NCBI GenBank assembly: GCA_900088475.1
Contig: FLMG01002747.1
Location: 1,313 to 65,312 of the forward strand
Direction: 5' to 3'
From: Hyphochytrium catenoides
Taxonomy: Eukaryota > Protista > Hyphochytriomycota
Length of the DNA stretch: 64,000 nucleotides
Position numbers and translations under genes: made by a program. Under the pieces are notes generated by a model. That model was not told the origin of the DNA and ran no database searches. It was given only the letters and a program-made list of their open reading frames with translations. Positions 37,578 through 50,310 of the stretch are shown here, piece by piece (positions within the stretch are counted from its first letter, which is position 1; every line of letters starts with the position of its first letter).

Positions 37578-38801
37578 CTAGGACACTGTCTTGACCTTGA
37601 GAGAGTCTCTTAGTGTCAACGCTCGTAGTAAGCATTCCTCGACTCCGTCACAGAGGTCTCCTTCAGTCTGTCTTCTCGTCAGCACTTCGGAAGGGAGAAA
37701 CCATCGAGCGTCTAGCGCATCGTCTGCCGGGAAAAGGGATGGAAGTGGCGTAGGAACCTCAGTCATGATGTGAGAGATTACATAGTGGAAATCAACCACA
37801 TGAGAAGTCATGCTGCGAGTGATGGCATCCGTCGTGTAAAAGAAAAGATAGTTGTCCTTGAGGTCAACCTGGAAGAGGGTGATGGGAGAAGTAAGAGGCG
37901 GAACATCATCGGAGGGTTCTCAAAAAACTATGGAAGAGGGAGAAAAGAGGAAAAAGGTATAGAAGACCAAGGGTCATTGACGATCAAGCGCTAGGAGAAG
38001 AATTGGCACATGTCAGCCAAGGAACGACCATCGACGAGGATAGAGCAGCTGGAAGAGGAGGGCGAGTCAGGAGAGAGCAGACACACGAAGTAGAAACTTC
38101 ATTTGGAAAGCAGAGCAGAAAGTAGAGTGTGAAGTGATATGGAAGAAGCAGCGCTTCTCTAAAAGAGAAGAACCGGCGATGGTCAGCTCGCGACAACCTC
38201 AAAAGGTTGGTCGCCCGACCTGATGCGGAGGCCAATGAGGAGAAAAGAACGTTGGAGAGGGAACTTGAGCTGACCTTAAGTCCTGTCTCTTCGAGTAGCT
38301 CTCGTTGTCCTGCATCCAGCGTACTCTCTCCCCATTCTACCTTGCCCCCAGGGAAAGCCCAGAGGCCAGCGGCGGGAGGCTTTTTCCTCCTGATCAGGAG
38401 AACTCTATCGCCACTAAAGACCGTCACCGCCACGCCCACCTTGGGAGCCTTGGTAGCTTGACAAAAGCCATCAGAATACTGTTAAGCTCCACCTATCCTC
38501 CGCTTACTTCTGCCCCTTTACCCACTTACACTCTGCTATACCATGATCATCGAGTCATGCAGCGCTCTTTGCCGTGACTTGTGCTACTTCCCTTTGACCG
38601 CTTACAGCTAGTGTCTACCGCTATGACAGCTCCAGACGGACTAATCCTACCATTTATATTCCTCGCTTGACTCTTGAAAGCTGTGGTGTCTCCAGTATCC
38701 TGACCTAGCGTCTTTCCGCAAGAGGAACTCATGAACGCGAGACCTCTCACCCTTCGACCTGACAGAGCCGATCCTCTAAGAGCAGCCCACCAACACGCCA
38801 T
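37578..38801 (-). CDS. NUDIX hydrolase (ADP-ribose pyrophosphatase/MutT-like); exons 38651-38801, 38275-38456, 37578-37868
   Basis: Nudix box GGKVEWGESTLDAGQRELLEETGL, plus PKVGV, FHYVI and DDALDARWF. N-terminus resembles an organellar presequence. Confidence 0.9.
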
Positions 38802-39096
38802 TTATCATCGTCTGCGCTGTACACTGCAAGGTCAGTCACTACTCCCTCACAGAAGCTACTAATAAGAAGACATCTCAACTGTCATGGGCATGCAGCAGGC
38901 TTGCCCCTTGCTTGGCAAGGCCCAGATCTCAGATCCCAGATTCCACATCGGGGAATATAGAGATCATCGCCCCTGCAGATCTTCATCACCGTGAAGCTTT
39001 TGATCGCTCCGAAGACTGCAAACATAAGGGAAGCTATCCCTTCACACGGGGGTCAGAATAGCGCTAGTAACTCAGTACAAAGACCTAATATACCGT

Positions 39097-39314
39097 CCAA
39101 AGGGGACAAGATACCCCATTTCGTCGCATCCTTCAAGTTAGCTACCTCTTATATTCATATTACACGGTGCTTATACTTGTTCTCCTATTTCTGAAGACCA
39201 ATGGAAGTATTATAGGCTAGTTGTAATGTTATAACACTGAACAAGGAGCCACGTTTGACCCAGTATATTCGTATATGTAGAGATTTTGTGCGCGAAATGG
39301 TGAATGTCCTTTAG
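39097..39314. mobile_element. Possible degenerate MITE in the NUDIX/NEMF divergent intergenic region
   Basis: Imperfect inverted ends ccaaaggggaca...ccatttcgtcgca and tgcgcgaaatgg...tgtcctttag around an AT-rich interior. Confidence 0.3.
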
Positions 39315-39595
39315 CTTGTTCGTGGATTATCCTCACGTTTCCAAGAGCTCGAGCTCGAGTGTCTGTGCGAAGCTCTGGTGATGGGAGAAGAGCAGGGCAT
39401 ACAGAGACTGGCAGAGCTTTGCCTAACAGGAGAACTGATAGAGGAGGATCCACCTTATCGAGCCTGGCGGGCAGCTAAAGCTTGTCTATTGAGATTGCAG
39501 CGGCAGCCACGGTCGGGGCTCAGAGACCGTCGACTTGTGCAAATTCTAGCCTTTGTAGCCCGCAACTTGTTCGTGTCATTGCGTTTGGGGAAAAG

Positions 39596-42500
39596 ATGAA
39601 GAACCGCATGACCGTCGTAGATGTCAAGGTGATGGTGGAAGAGCTGAAGGAGAAGCTCGTTGGCATGCGGTGCGCGAATGTCTATGATTACAATCAGAAG
39701 ACCTATATGTTCAAGATGGCGCTGCCAGATAAACCGAAGATCTTCCTGCTCATGGAGTCAGGCATTAGATTCCACGCCACCGACTATGCCAGGTGACTGC
39801 CGCTCTTCTGCAGCGTTGCATTGGTCTATAAGAAGTATCACCGTTCCTCCCAAGTTCGGAGCTGATGAGAATATGTTGCTCCTCAACCGCGCCTGTGGAG
39901 CCTAGTATCTGCTTTTTTATAGAGCGCCGATAAGTCTTTGAGGCTTGGCTCACCCTCTTTGGCCCTCCCATGCTTTTCTTGCTCTTGGCTTAGGACCAGC
40001 CTTACGATCTTCTGAATGTCTAACCACTTCTCTACTAAAAACTCTTTTGGCAGAGAGAAATCAGACATCCCGTCAGGCTTCAGTATGAAGCTCCGTAAGC
40101 ACATCCGGACCAAGAGATTAGAGAATGTACGACAATTTGGGATGGACCGCGTTGTCGATTTCCAGTTCGGTCTAGGAGAATCTGCCTTCCATGTGATACT
40201 GGAGCTTTACGCCTCAGGGAACATCATCCTCACAGACAGCAACTATGAGATCCTGAACCTGCTTCGAACCCACAAGTACGAAGAAGATGTCGCTGTGGCG
40301 GTCCGTCAAGTGTATCCCATCTCTCATGCTGCAGATGGAAAGATAGAGCACATGCTGGAGGGTGAAGAGACAGACGACCAAGGCAAAAGAGTTTACCTCT
40401 CTGAGGAAGAGGTTGACGCTGCTGCCAGTCTGGCAGATATAATAAAGAGCATAAGTCCCACGCTGCTTGTGCGCTGGCTGCTGAAGAGAGCTTCAGAAAT
40501 GTCAGCAGGGAATAGCGGAAACGCCAGGCAGGAGATTGATGCAGACAGTACCACTAAGGACAAAGGCAAGAAGCAGAAGGACAAAGGGAAGAAAGATTCT
40601 GAGAAAGCAAAGAAAGAGCAGGATAAGAAGCAAGCAAAGAAGCTAAACTTGAAGCAAATACTCTCATCCAAAGGCTCGGGCGTAGAGGCTTTTGGCCCAG
40701 TCGTGGTGGAGCATTGCCTCGTCTCTGCAGGTGAGCTTCGCCGCAGCTAAACCCTCTCCTATTCTGAAGCATCNNNNNNNNNNNNNNNNNNNNNNNNNNN
40801 NNNNNNNNNNNNNNNNNNNNNNNNNNNNNNNNNNNNNTCTACTTCCTTACTTCTCCGCTCAAGTCGGAATAATCCTCCCCCTTGAATCCGCTTCTTGACA
40901 ACTGGACAACAGCGTCAACCCTTCGTCTCTCATCATGCGCTTGAATCAGCCGCTAAGAATGATCCCACAGGTCTCAAGCCAAACTTGAAGCTCACGAAAG
41001 CTGAAGATATTCCTGAGGAGAATGCAACGAAACTCCTGGAAGCACTTAGAGCCGCCCCGAGGCTTATAGAGTCGTTAGGGTCAGCAGCCAAAGATACTTC
41101 CTCTTCTCATTCTTCTTCGAGAACAGAGGGCTTCATTATCTTGACGGACGTGGTCAATGATTCTCAGCAGGTATGTCTGGCAGGTGCTAGTCTCCTCTTT
41201 TTACGTACGGGGGAGCTTCGAAGAGGACAGCAGAGCGACGACTGCTCAGCAAAGCTCTATTTATCGTCGTTATGGTTGGCGTTACAGCGTTCTGTCTCTT
41301 GGCAGCTCCTTACGGCGCTCTCAACAGGCGCGAATTGAATCGATGGACGGATCAAAGTTAGGAAAGGAGCAAGAGGGCGAGAGCGCTTTATATGAGGACT
41401 TTGTCCCTTACCTGTTTGCTCAATACCACGGTATGTTAGAAGGCTGTACTACCTAAAATTGCTTTGGAACGTCCCTTCGGACTGCTGCCACTCTGTGATC
41501 TCTTTAACATCATTTGCATCTAATCTTTACCTTGATTGACAGCCTGCGCATCGATGTTAATTCACCTTTCTTGATAAACAACCCAGGGTGCAAGTACATC
41601 CAGTTCCCTTCTTTCGGTGCCGCCGTGGATGAATACTTCTCTCGCATTGAATCTCAGCAGGCAGCAGTTAAGCGAGCGGCGGCAGAGAAAGCAGCCTTGC
41701 AGAAGGTATAGTTTGAAAGGGCTTCCCTCTTGCCATCCCTTCTCTATCCAAAGCTTGTATAGCTTCAATGAGATCCATGTACCTCTATGTTAGACTGTAT
41801 CTCATGCATTATAGGGAAACAAAGAGCATCTGCATCTCAGCACCTCTTAAACATTTCCCCATTGACGAGATTATGTTGGAGTCGGTCTTTTATGGCCGCG
41901 TTTGGCTCTCGTTGCTCAACGGGCTGTCTGACCTTTAACATTCTTCGTGAAGGTGGAGCGTATCCGTCAGGACCATCAATCCCGTATCAAGTCGCTAGAT
42001 GAGGCTCAGAACGAGCTGAAAAGGAAGGCTTATCTTCTGGAGTACCATCAAGAAGACGTAGAAAAGGCTCTTTTAGGTACTGTTGCTTTATCTACCCGCA
42101 TTCACTAGTGCCCCACTTCGCCCTCTGCTGTCTTTTTAAGCTTGTTTCTGTATGATCTTTCTTGTCTCTTAATGTGGCGCGTAAGGGAAGAGGGCATTAA
42201 AGTCACCGACATGTGGCTAGTTGGGACCTGATAAGAGAGAAGAATGGAAGACTTCTTCAAAGCGGGTGAAGAGCAGTTTAAAGATGTGTGAGATGTGTGC
42301 GAGATCCGCGATGGAGATGGACGAGGGGAGGGAGTTTCCTTGTTTTTTGCAACTTTTTATCGTCTCTTCTGCGGGATATCGTGTCGCTATTCTCGCTGTC
42401 CTTCGTCTCTTACCATTCTCCAAAGTCCTGCGCAGTGCAGTGGAACATGGGGTTAATTGGAACGATCTATGGGAGATGGTGAAGCAAGAGCAGAAGAGTG

Positions 42501-45500
42501 GGCGCAACCCCGTGGCCAACCTTATTTTTAAACTCAAGCTTGCGGAACGGAAAGCTACCCTGATACTGGTAGGACAGTGAAAGAAGCCTAAGGTCTCCTG
42601 TAGATTTGCAATGTGCTTCCCCAGAAAAAATGCTTCTGTGCATCTTCCCTTCCATGGATGACAATAACCTCTGGCCGGCTCTTCTCTAGGTGGATGACGA
42701 AAGCGAAGGTGACGCCCCTGCGGTCCTGGTAGATGTAGATATATTCAAGTCCGCCTTCGCAAACGCTAGAGACCAGTACTCCTCCAAAAAAATTGCGGCG
42801 GTAAAGGCAGAGAAGACAAAACAAGCCTCGGAACAGGCCATTAAGCAAGCTGAAATAAAGGCTGAGAAAAGCTTGGAGGAGCAGGTTCGTCGTCCATTGT
42901 CCTTTGCTTTGCTAGACTCCTCTGGTTAGCCTCATCCTCAAAACGTGAGAGGCTTTGTGCCTTTTTTGTCTCATCAAGTTTCGCGGCCTTGCGGGACTTA
43001 CACCGACGGCTATGCTACTTGACGCTGTTCTTGGGGACATATATCGCTCGAATTTTTCATTGATCTGTCTGGATTGGGCGCCTTAGCTCTTCTTCCCTTT
43101 GTTCTCAAAGTGTCCAGCCTTCGAGCTTCCTTATGGTTTGGGTACCTGACCCTCGTACTCCCAGGAAAAGAAACGCACCATCCAGCAACTACGGAAAGTC
43201 TACTGGTTTGAGAAGTTTCATTGGTTTATTACTTCGGAGAACTATCTAGTGCTGTCAGGACATGATGCCCAACAGAACGAACTTCTAGTGAAGCGTTACA
43301 TGAGGAAAGGGGATGCCTACATACACGCTGATTTGCACGGAGCTTCCTCCTGCATCCTGAGGAACATCAACCCCAGTCTCCCTTTGTCGCCTCTGGCTCT
43401 CGAAGAAGCAGGGGCTCTCGCAGTGTGCAGGAGTGCCGCTTGGTCTGCGAACATGTCAGCAAATGCGTGGTGGGTCCATCCAGATCAGGTAACACCCATA
43501 TCCATGAGCCACAGACAGAGAAAAACTGAGGCCCTTCCTGTCCTGGCTTGTCCGTAACTGCTTCACATCTCATCCCTTTTCCCTGGACATCTGAACCCTT
43601 TTTCGGTACAAGAAGTAGATCCTAACAGCAGCTGGGACTGTAGGTGTCTAAGACAGCTCCGTCTGGAGAATACCTTACGACCGGTAGCTTTGTTATTAGA
43701 GGAAAGAAGAACTATCTCTCACCAGTCAAGCTGGAAATGGGGCTGGCACTCCTGTTCAAGGTTTTTCATTGATAAAGGCATCTACCCTTGTGTCGTCCTA
43801 CATCACATCTTTCTTTCACCCCTGTCTGTCTCTGCACAGTATCAGGTGCTGTAGGCATTTCTAGACTAAGTAGATCCCGTCGTCTATGATGTCATCCCAT
43901 ATAATAGGTTGATGAGACCAGTGTGCTTCGCCATCTGGCAGATCGACAACCCCGAGGTTTAGCGGATGATGAATCCACTGTTGAAAGCTTAGCACGCGGA
44001 GTTCAAACTCGCCAAAGTAAGACAGCTGTCGCTGCTCATGGTATATTGACCTTATTCCCGCTCCATCTACAGTTTTGTTCTCTTGGCACTTTCGTACGAA
44101 ATCTCTGCTAGCACTTTCACTCTTCTCTCCTCTTGCGCTAGTCTTTCCTATCCCAAAGGTGGTGCCTAGTCTTCAAGTTTCTCAGTTGCCTTAGCACTTC
44201 CTTAACTCTAAAAGTAGATCTAGCAGGCGCAGAGGAAGACGAAATGGACGACAGTGAGGAGACTAATGTAGCAGAAGGGGAAGAAACATCTCTAGAAACG
44301 GACGAAGCTCAAACAGCCGGCGAACACACGGAGGTCCTAGAGAAGAAGGGGCTGACGAGCGACCAAGCAAAACTAGTTGAGAATACTCAGGGTCTGCAGT
44401 TAGAGGACATGGAAGAGGAAAGAGAACACGAAAGAAACGAAAAAGAGGGAGGAGATGGTGACAATGACGAGGAAGAAAGTGTGCCGGAAGCTGGAAGGAG
44501 CGAGTCACAAAGCGGAGATGACGAGGAAAACGGCCTAGTCGGATCCCGAAATGGGGGAGAGGATAGAAGTGGAGGAGAACAACAAGGAAACGACGGGAAA
44601 GGAAAGAGAATATCTGCCAAAGAGAGAAAGTTAATGCGCAAGGGTCTGACCTTAGAACAAGCTAGAGAGCATGTAGCACGGCAGGTCAAAGAGCAAGACA
44701 CAGACGATAGAACCGTTGCTTCAGTCACAGCGAATACTTCCGAGCCCAATCTAGCCCAGAAGAGAGGAAAGAAAGGAAAGATGAAGAAGCTCAAGAAATA
44801 TGCTGATCAGGATGAAGAAGACCGTCTGCTCATGATGGAAGCACTAGGAAACCCCTCGAAGAAAGATGAGGAGAGAAAACAGAAGGCCCAGGGAGACGGT
44901 CAGAAAGGAAGATTTGAAAAGGGTAACAAAGCAGTAGTTCCGCCGTCTTCAGAAAGCGCTCAGACTGACAAGCGGGAGGGAGCGCCTGAGGGCTACAAGC
45001 GACCTTCACGGGCCGAAAAGAGAATGGCCAAGGTAGGTCAGAGAAGAGAACAGCTAGTTCGGTGCACTATGCCTGGTATAATTGCACAGGATAAAGTATC
45101 TCTCTCTCAAGCTCCTCGATCTACCCTCCGTCTCCGTCCCGTCCTCTCTTTTCCCTCTCTTTCCTACGGATTTGGTCCGCTCTCACACCCTACACTCCCC
45201 AGGAGAAAGAGGAGGAAGAGGTCAAGCAGATCTTGGAGGAGGAGAATGAAATGGTAGAGCTCCCAGAAGGAGAGAAAGTGGATCTTCTCCATTTCTTCAT
45301 TGGCACCCCTCTACCTGAAGACATGTTGCTCTTCGCCCTTCCTGTATGCGCTCCGTACTCGGTTGTCAGGAACTATAAATACGCTGTGAAGCTTACACCT
45401 GGGACAGGAAAGAAGGTATTTGAAAGCTTCTTGTTTCTTTCTCTTTTATCTGCTGCCTCCATTGGTCGCTAACCCTCTTTCGTTGTTCTGGTCCACTTTT

Positions 45501-45850
45501 GCCCGTGGTTGTCGTCGGATAGTCTTCTCTCTCCGTATCTCCGTGGGACCACCCGTAACACATCCGCTCTCTCTTTTCCACCACTGACACTTTTCTGATC
45601 CTGCTTTGCTCTCAAACTCCTTCCCTTTTTCTCCATCTTGTAGGGCAAGGCAGCCAAGCAGATTATGGAGCTCTTCACCCGGTCGCCAGGCATAAGCAAG
45701 CGAGAGAGGGAGCTTATGCATGGTATCACGGATAACGAGATGGTCTCGACCATCATCAGCAATGTAAAGGTATCGGCCCCAGGTTTGCAGGCGATGAAGA
45801 GCAATCAGAAGAAGCAACAGAAGCAGAAGGCGAAGAGTAAAGGCAAATAA
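39596..45850 (+). CDS. NEMF: Ribosome quality control factor NEMF/Rqc2, multi-exon (gap 40774-40837 lies in an intron)
   Basis: [115 protein letters not shown]...[17 protein letters not shown]. Confidence 0.97.
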
Positions 45851-46359
45851 CTCCGTTCAGCTAATAGCACAAGAGATTCCAAAAGAAGTAGATGTCAGAA
45901 AGAAGTATTTGTCAAGCTTGAGAGTACGTCGGCGAAATTTTTGAGAAGAATGTGCAAATGTGGACGGTGAGATGCGACTCGCTAGTAGACGGAACGAGTC
46001 CTCCAAGAGAGCAAAGCCATGCAGCGCAGCTTAGGAGAGAGTTGGAACATGAACTATCAATAACTTGCGAAATGGAAAGCAAAGTGGAAAGTGGACCCAA
46101 CAGACAGGATGCAGGGGTCGCCAGTTTCATGATGACTGCACCTAAGACATTGACAGCAGCTCATGAAGGGACACCAGAACTAGCCGACAAAGAAGAGAGA
46201 GAGAACCTTCATAACTAGGAAGAAGCCTTTCAGCAGAAGCATCCACCAATCAAGCTGAGAATTATAGAGACTGACTTGAAGTGGAGACTCTATGATATGC
46301 TATGGACGACAATCAAAGCTATTGATGTTTACAGGACTATGTACAATGCTCTTGCCTCT

Positions 46360-48344
46360 CTAGGAGTGTGTCGGCAGGACGTTGAAGAAATGATACACCT
46401 CTTCCTCATCCAAAACGCCGACCTCAGTGCCGCACTCCCCACAGCTCACGCGGCGGACCCCGTCTTCAGCAGACTTTGCACATACGGACAGTAGAGAGGA
46501 GAGTTAGGGGGGAAAACCAAGGAACCTTCAAGAGAGGATGAGCATCGGCAGAAGGCATGTACTAAGAATGAGCCATGTCACGGAGGGAGAATACTGTAAC
46601 AGTGAGCTCGCCTTATAAGTAGACACAAGCTAACGCAACTTTCTCAGCTTAGACCAGCGAAGATGCAGGAGGAGCACGAAGTGAAATAGATGGGAAACCT
46701 GTGTCTCAGTGGACTCGTCATCCTTCTTCCGCTTGGTTGCTCCCTTTCGTTCTCCGTCTCTCGTCTGAGCGCTCGGTCTACCTCCCACGTGGCAGTTAAT
46801 AGCAAAGACAGCACGCCATTGATTGAAGTACCGCTCATGCCTAAAAGCTCCATATCAATCAGACTAAAGTCATCAAGTTGGTAGGAAGGCAAAGGAGAAG
46901 ACTCAAGGCTCAACGCGCGGCTAAACATGAACTGACAGCAAACTGTTTGCTTTTGTCAGGAAGGGCAATGCGGAAGTGTGCAAAAAGGCGGGACGCATCA
47001 CTCTTTACATTTGGCAGTCCATGCAAACAATGGAAAAGCAGCAAGGGCAGCTCAGAACCGCGTCCGACGCTTCAGGCTTCGTCTCCGCCTTTGAGACTCC
47101 AGCACCTGAAAGAAGGGAAGGTCCATGGTAGAAGAAAAGGATAGAAGAGGAAGAGGAGTCAGAGGACCAAGGAACCACAATATTCGAGACATAGAGACAT
47201 GGGGACAGAGCAGTAGACATAGAGACATTCGGGCGTGGCGGGAAAGATAAGTAAGGGGAGACAGACGGATAGGAACAGGCCATGCACCGCAAGGTGGGGT
47301 TGCCCAGCAGTATGGGGATAGTCAGACGCTACTTACGCAGCTCCCTAGCCACCCATGCAGCGTCCTCATCGTCAAGCTCTTCTCCATAGAGCTCATCAGG
47401 GCCCTCAAACATAAACTCCTTCTTCTTCTTCTTTCCCTTTTTCTCTTTCTCTGGCTCATTGAATCTAGGAGGCAACGGCGCACCTCCCTTAGCAGGGCCA
47501 GCGCCTCTTTCTGCACCTATACAGACGAAGAAACCGTCAGGTCCTTGTCCTTGAAGTGAATTTTCTTCTTGCCCAGTGTCCCCTTACCCTTGTCATCCGA
47601 TTTAGTCTTACTGGAAGAGCTACTACGAGGGCCTACAATAGTAAAGATGGCAGATGAGAAGAACTCGACAAGGTCGAAGAGACAGAACGAATGCAAGGAG
47701 GTAGGGATTGCGGGAGTCAGACGGAGGAGGACAGGGTAGCAATTTCTGATGTCAAGCAGAGGAAACAGATACATGTGCCGAGAGAGCGGAAAGGATGACG
47801 ACGCAGGGAGCAAAGAAAGAGACGGCCTAAGGCCAAAAGCCTTTACCGTCCTTTGCGCCTAAATTCCACCGTCGCGGCTCCGCGCCAACCGCGACATGTC
47901 CTGCCGCAAGGCTGACACTGTCTAGCGAGGCTTCTAGGGACTTTAGACGTGACTGTAACTGCCGGCGCAGCGCATCCTCCTCTTTTCTCTCCCTCGGTTG
48001 CTCTGATATCGCTGCTTCATCTTCATTTCTCTTAAACGAGAGACCATCAACAACAATGAGGCGAGGCCTGAAAAAATTATGGTAACAAAGAGACCTCACC
48101 ACTGTCGTTCCAGGCTCTACGGATGAAGGAACAGAGCTCCCTGCATCATCCGTCCGGCGGTACTTAGAGGGACCTACGCCATGACAAGCAGGACAGGGAT
48201 TCTGAGCCTAGAGAGAACTAAAGCCAATGGGTGTTGGAGAGTGTAACCTGAGCCGGCGAGCCCAGTTGGTCTGGTTTGGCCCTCTTCTGCATCATCCACA
48301 TCGCTGTAGTCCGTCGCACTGTCCTCCTCTTCATAGTAACTCAT
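46360..48344 (-). CDS. EAPP: E2F-associated phosphoprotein homologue, multi-exon
   Basis: DELYGEELDDEDAAWV, SDAVLSCPCCFSIVCMDCQMHERYFNQWRAVFAINC and VSCGECGTEVGVLDEEEVYHFFNVLPTHS* match the EAPP C-terminal domain. Confidence 0.92.
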
Positions 48345-48904
48345 TGCACGTACCAACGTCTTGCGAACATTAGCTTATGCATGGCATCTCTAGAACAGAA
48401 CGAGCGCCTGCCGTAGTGCGTAAAGTTGGGCAACTGCACCCAGACGTCAAGCTCCACCAGCCCAAGAAGCTTGTCAGTTGGCAGATCTCAATAAATAATG
48501 GAGATTCTGTGTTGGCAATGGTCTAAGTTGCGAAGATTCTGCGAACAGCAAGGACACTCCGATCCCCAATAATGGCCCAATTCCTATTCTAATAACAAAT
48601 ATATTGGTTCCAATTTACGATTTTGGTAAGAATGCTCCAAAAGACCTGCTGTAAAAGGGATCGGAGGATGATTGTGAAGCTTCATGAAGCTCATCGCCCC
48701 CCTGACAGTTGCTATTCAAGGTGTCAAGCTGCCTCATTGGCACCATAGAGGAGGACTCTGCGGATTGTGAGAGAACGAGAAAAACAGATATAAGACGCTT
48801 AGCTGCCCGTCCATGTCAAAAGACAAGATCTGGCCTTGAGCTGGCGGGCAGTGAAGAAAAGAAGTGACAGGACGAGTGTGATTGAGACTCTTGATCGACC
48901 CCTA

Positions 48905-49878
48905 ATGGCGGTGAAGACAGCCTCGACGGGTAAGAGTCTGCTAGAGTTCAGCTCCTTGCTCCTACAGATTGATCTCTAATGGACTTGTTTCCTTAGATTA
49001 TGAATATATGAAGCTCGCGTGTGAGCAAGCTCGGCTTTCCGTGCCTGTAGAGACTGCGTAAGTGGAGATCTCTTTTCCTTCTTGCCTTAGTAGGTTCTTC
49101 TCTGCTGTCGCTTCCCTTAGAGTAACCCAATTACTACTACCGCAGCTATTGTGTGGGCTGCGTCATTGTCAGCGATGAGGGGAAAGTAGTCTCGACTGGA
49201 TTCAGTAGAGAACTTGAGGGCAACACTCATGCGGAAGAATGTGCGTTGAAGAAGCTGGACGGCAAGGTATATGGATATTAATGGTCTCTTGTCTGCAGCC
49301 TTCTTGTCCAGCTCTCTGCCTAGATTGTCTCTCTCTCAGCCAAGGTATGCGTCTTAAAGATCTTGCCGACAGGCGGAAAGGACGACAGTCTACTCCACAA
49401 TGGAACCCTGCAGTAAGCGACTTTCAGGGAATCGGCCTTGCGTAGAACATATCATAACGACAAAGGTAATATCTCAACCAGCGATAGACGGGCGAGGGAG
49501 AATGAATATGGACAATAAAGCACGGACAGGAGAAAGAGAGAGAGAGAGAGAGCGAACATGGCTCTAAAAGCGTAAGAAGACAGTTAAGAGGGTATCAAGG
49601 GAGGGAGCGAGGAGAGAATAGGCGATCGAGCGCAGCAGAGGTTAGTATCCTCAGAACGAAGAGGAGAGCTCAGAAAAAACTGCTCTATCCTCCAGGTCCG
49701 CAGAGTAGTCGTTGGCGCTCTGGAACCTGCAAACTTTGTGAAGTGCGAAGGGATACAGATCCTAAGAGATGCAGGAATAGAAGTGGATCTCTTGCAGGGC
49801 CTTGAAGAGGAATGCCTCGCGCCCAACAATCATATACTGAAGCCAAAGGCGGAGATTATTGACTTGGAAGAGAAGTAG
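48905..49878 (+). CDS. Stand-alone zinc-dependent pyrimidine deaminase (Rib2/RibD-type), 5 exons
   Basis: YMKLACEQA, YCVGCVIV, TGFSRELEGNTHAEECAL (HxE), YSTMEPCSKRLSGNRPC (PC..C), VVVGALEP. Confidence 0.9.
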
Positions 49879-50310
49879 GAGAGAGTGAAGCACACATAGA
49901 TAAAACAAGAGGAAGAGAGAGAGGGAGACAGACAGACAGAAACAGAGAGAGAGAGAGGCAGAGAAAGGCTAATCCTTGCCGAGAAAGAGAGAAAAAGAGA
50001 GCAGCTGCGGATCACAGAGGAGACTCTACGACGACTTATCCAGCTAACAAGAAGTCCAGAAGTGGAAGTTAAGGGACACGAGATAACAGGGAAGCGACGG
50101 GTCGAAGAAACCACGCAAGCCGGCCCCAACCCTGACGGGCTCGTGACGGACAAAAATCTTCCTTGCAAACTTGAGGGTGTCGCATTTATGGTAACAATAA
50201 GGAGCTGCAGGAGCGCCCGGAAGACGGCTACACCAATAAATAGTGGAAACGAGGGAAACAAGTAATGAAACAAGGGACAATTAGCACCACCACACTTTGT
50301 CCCTGTAACC

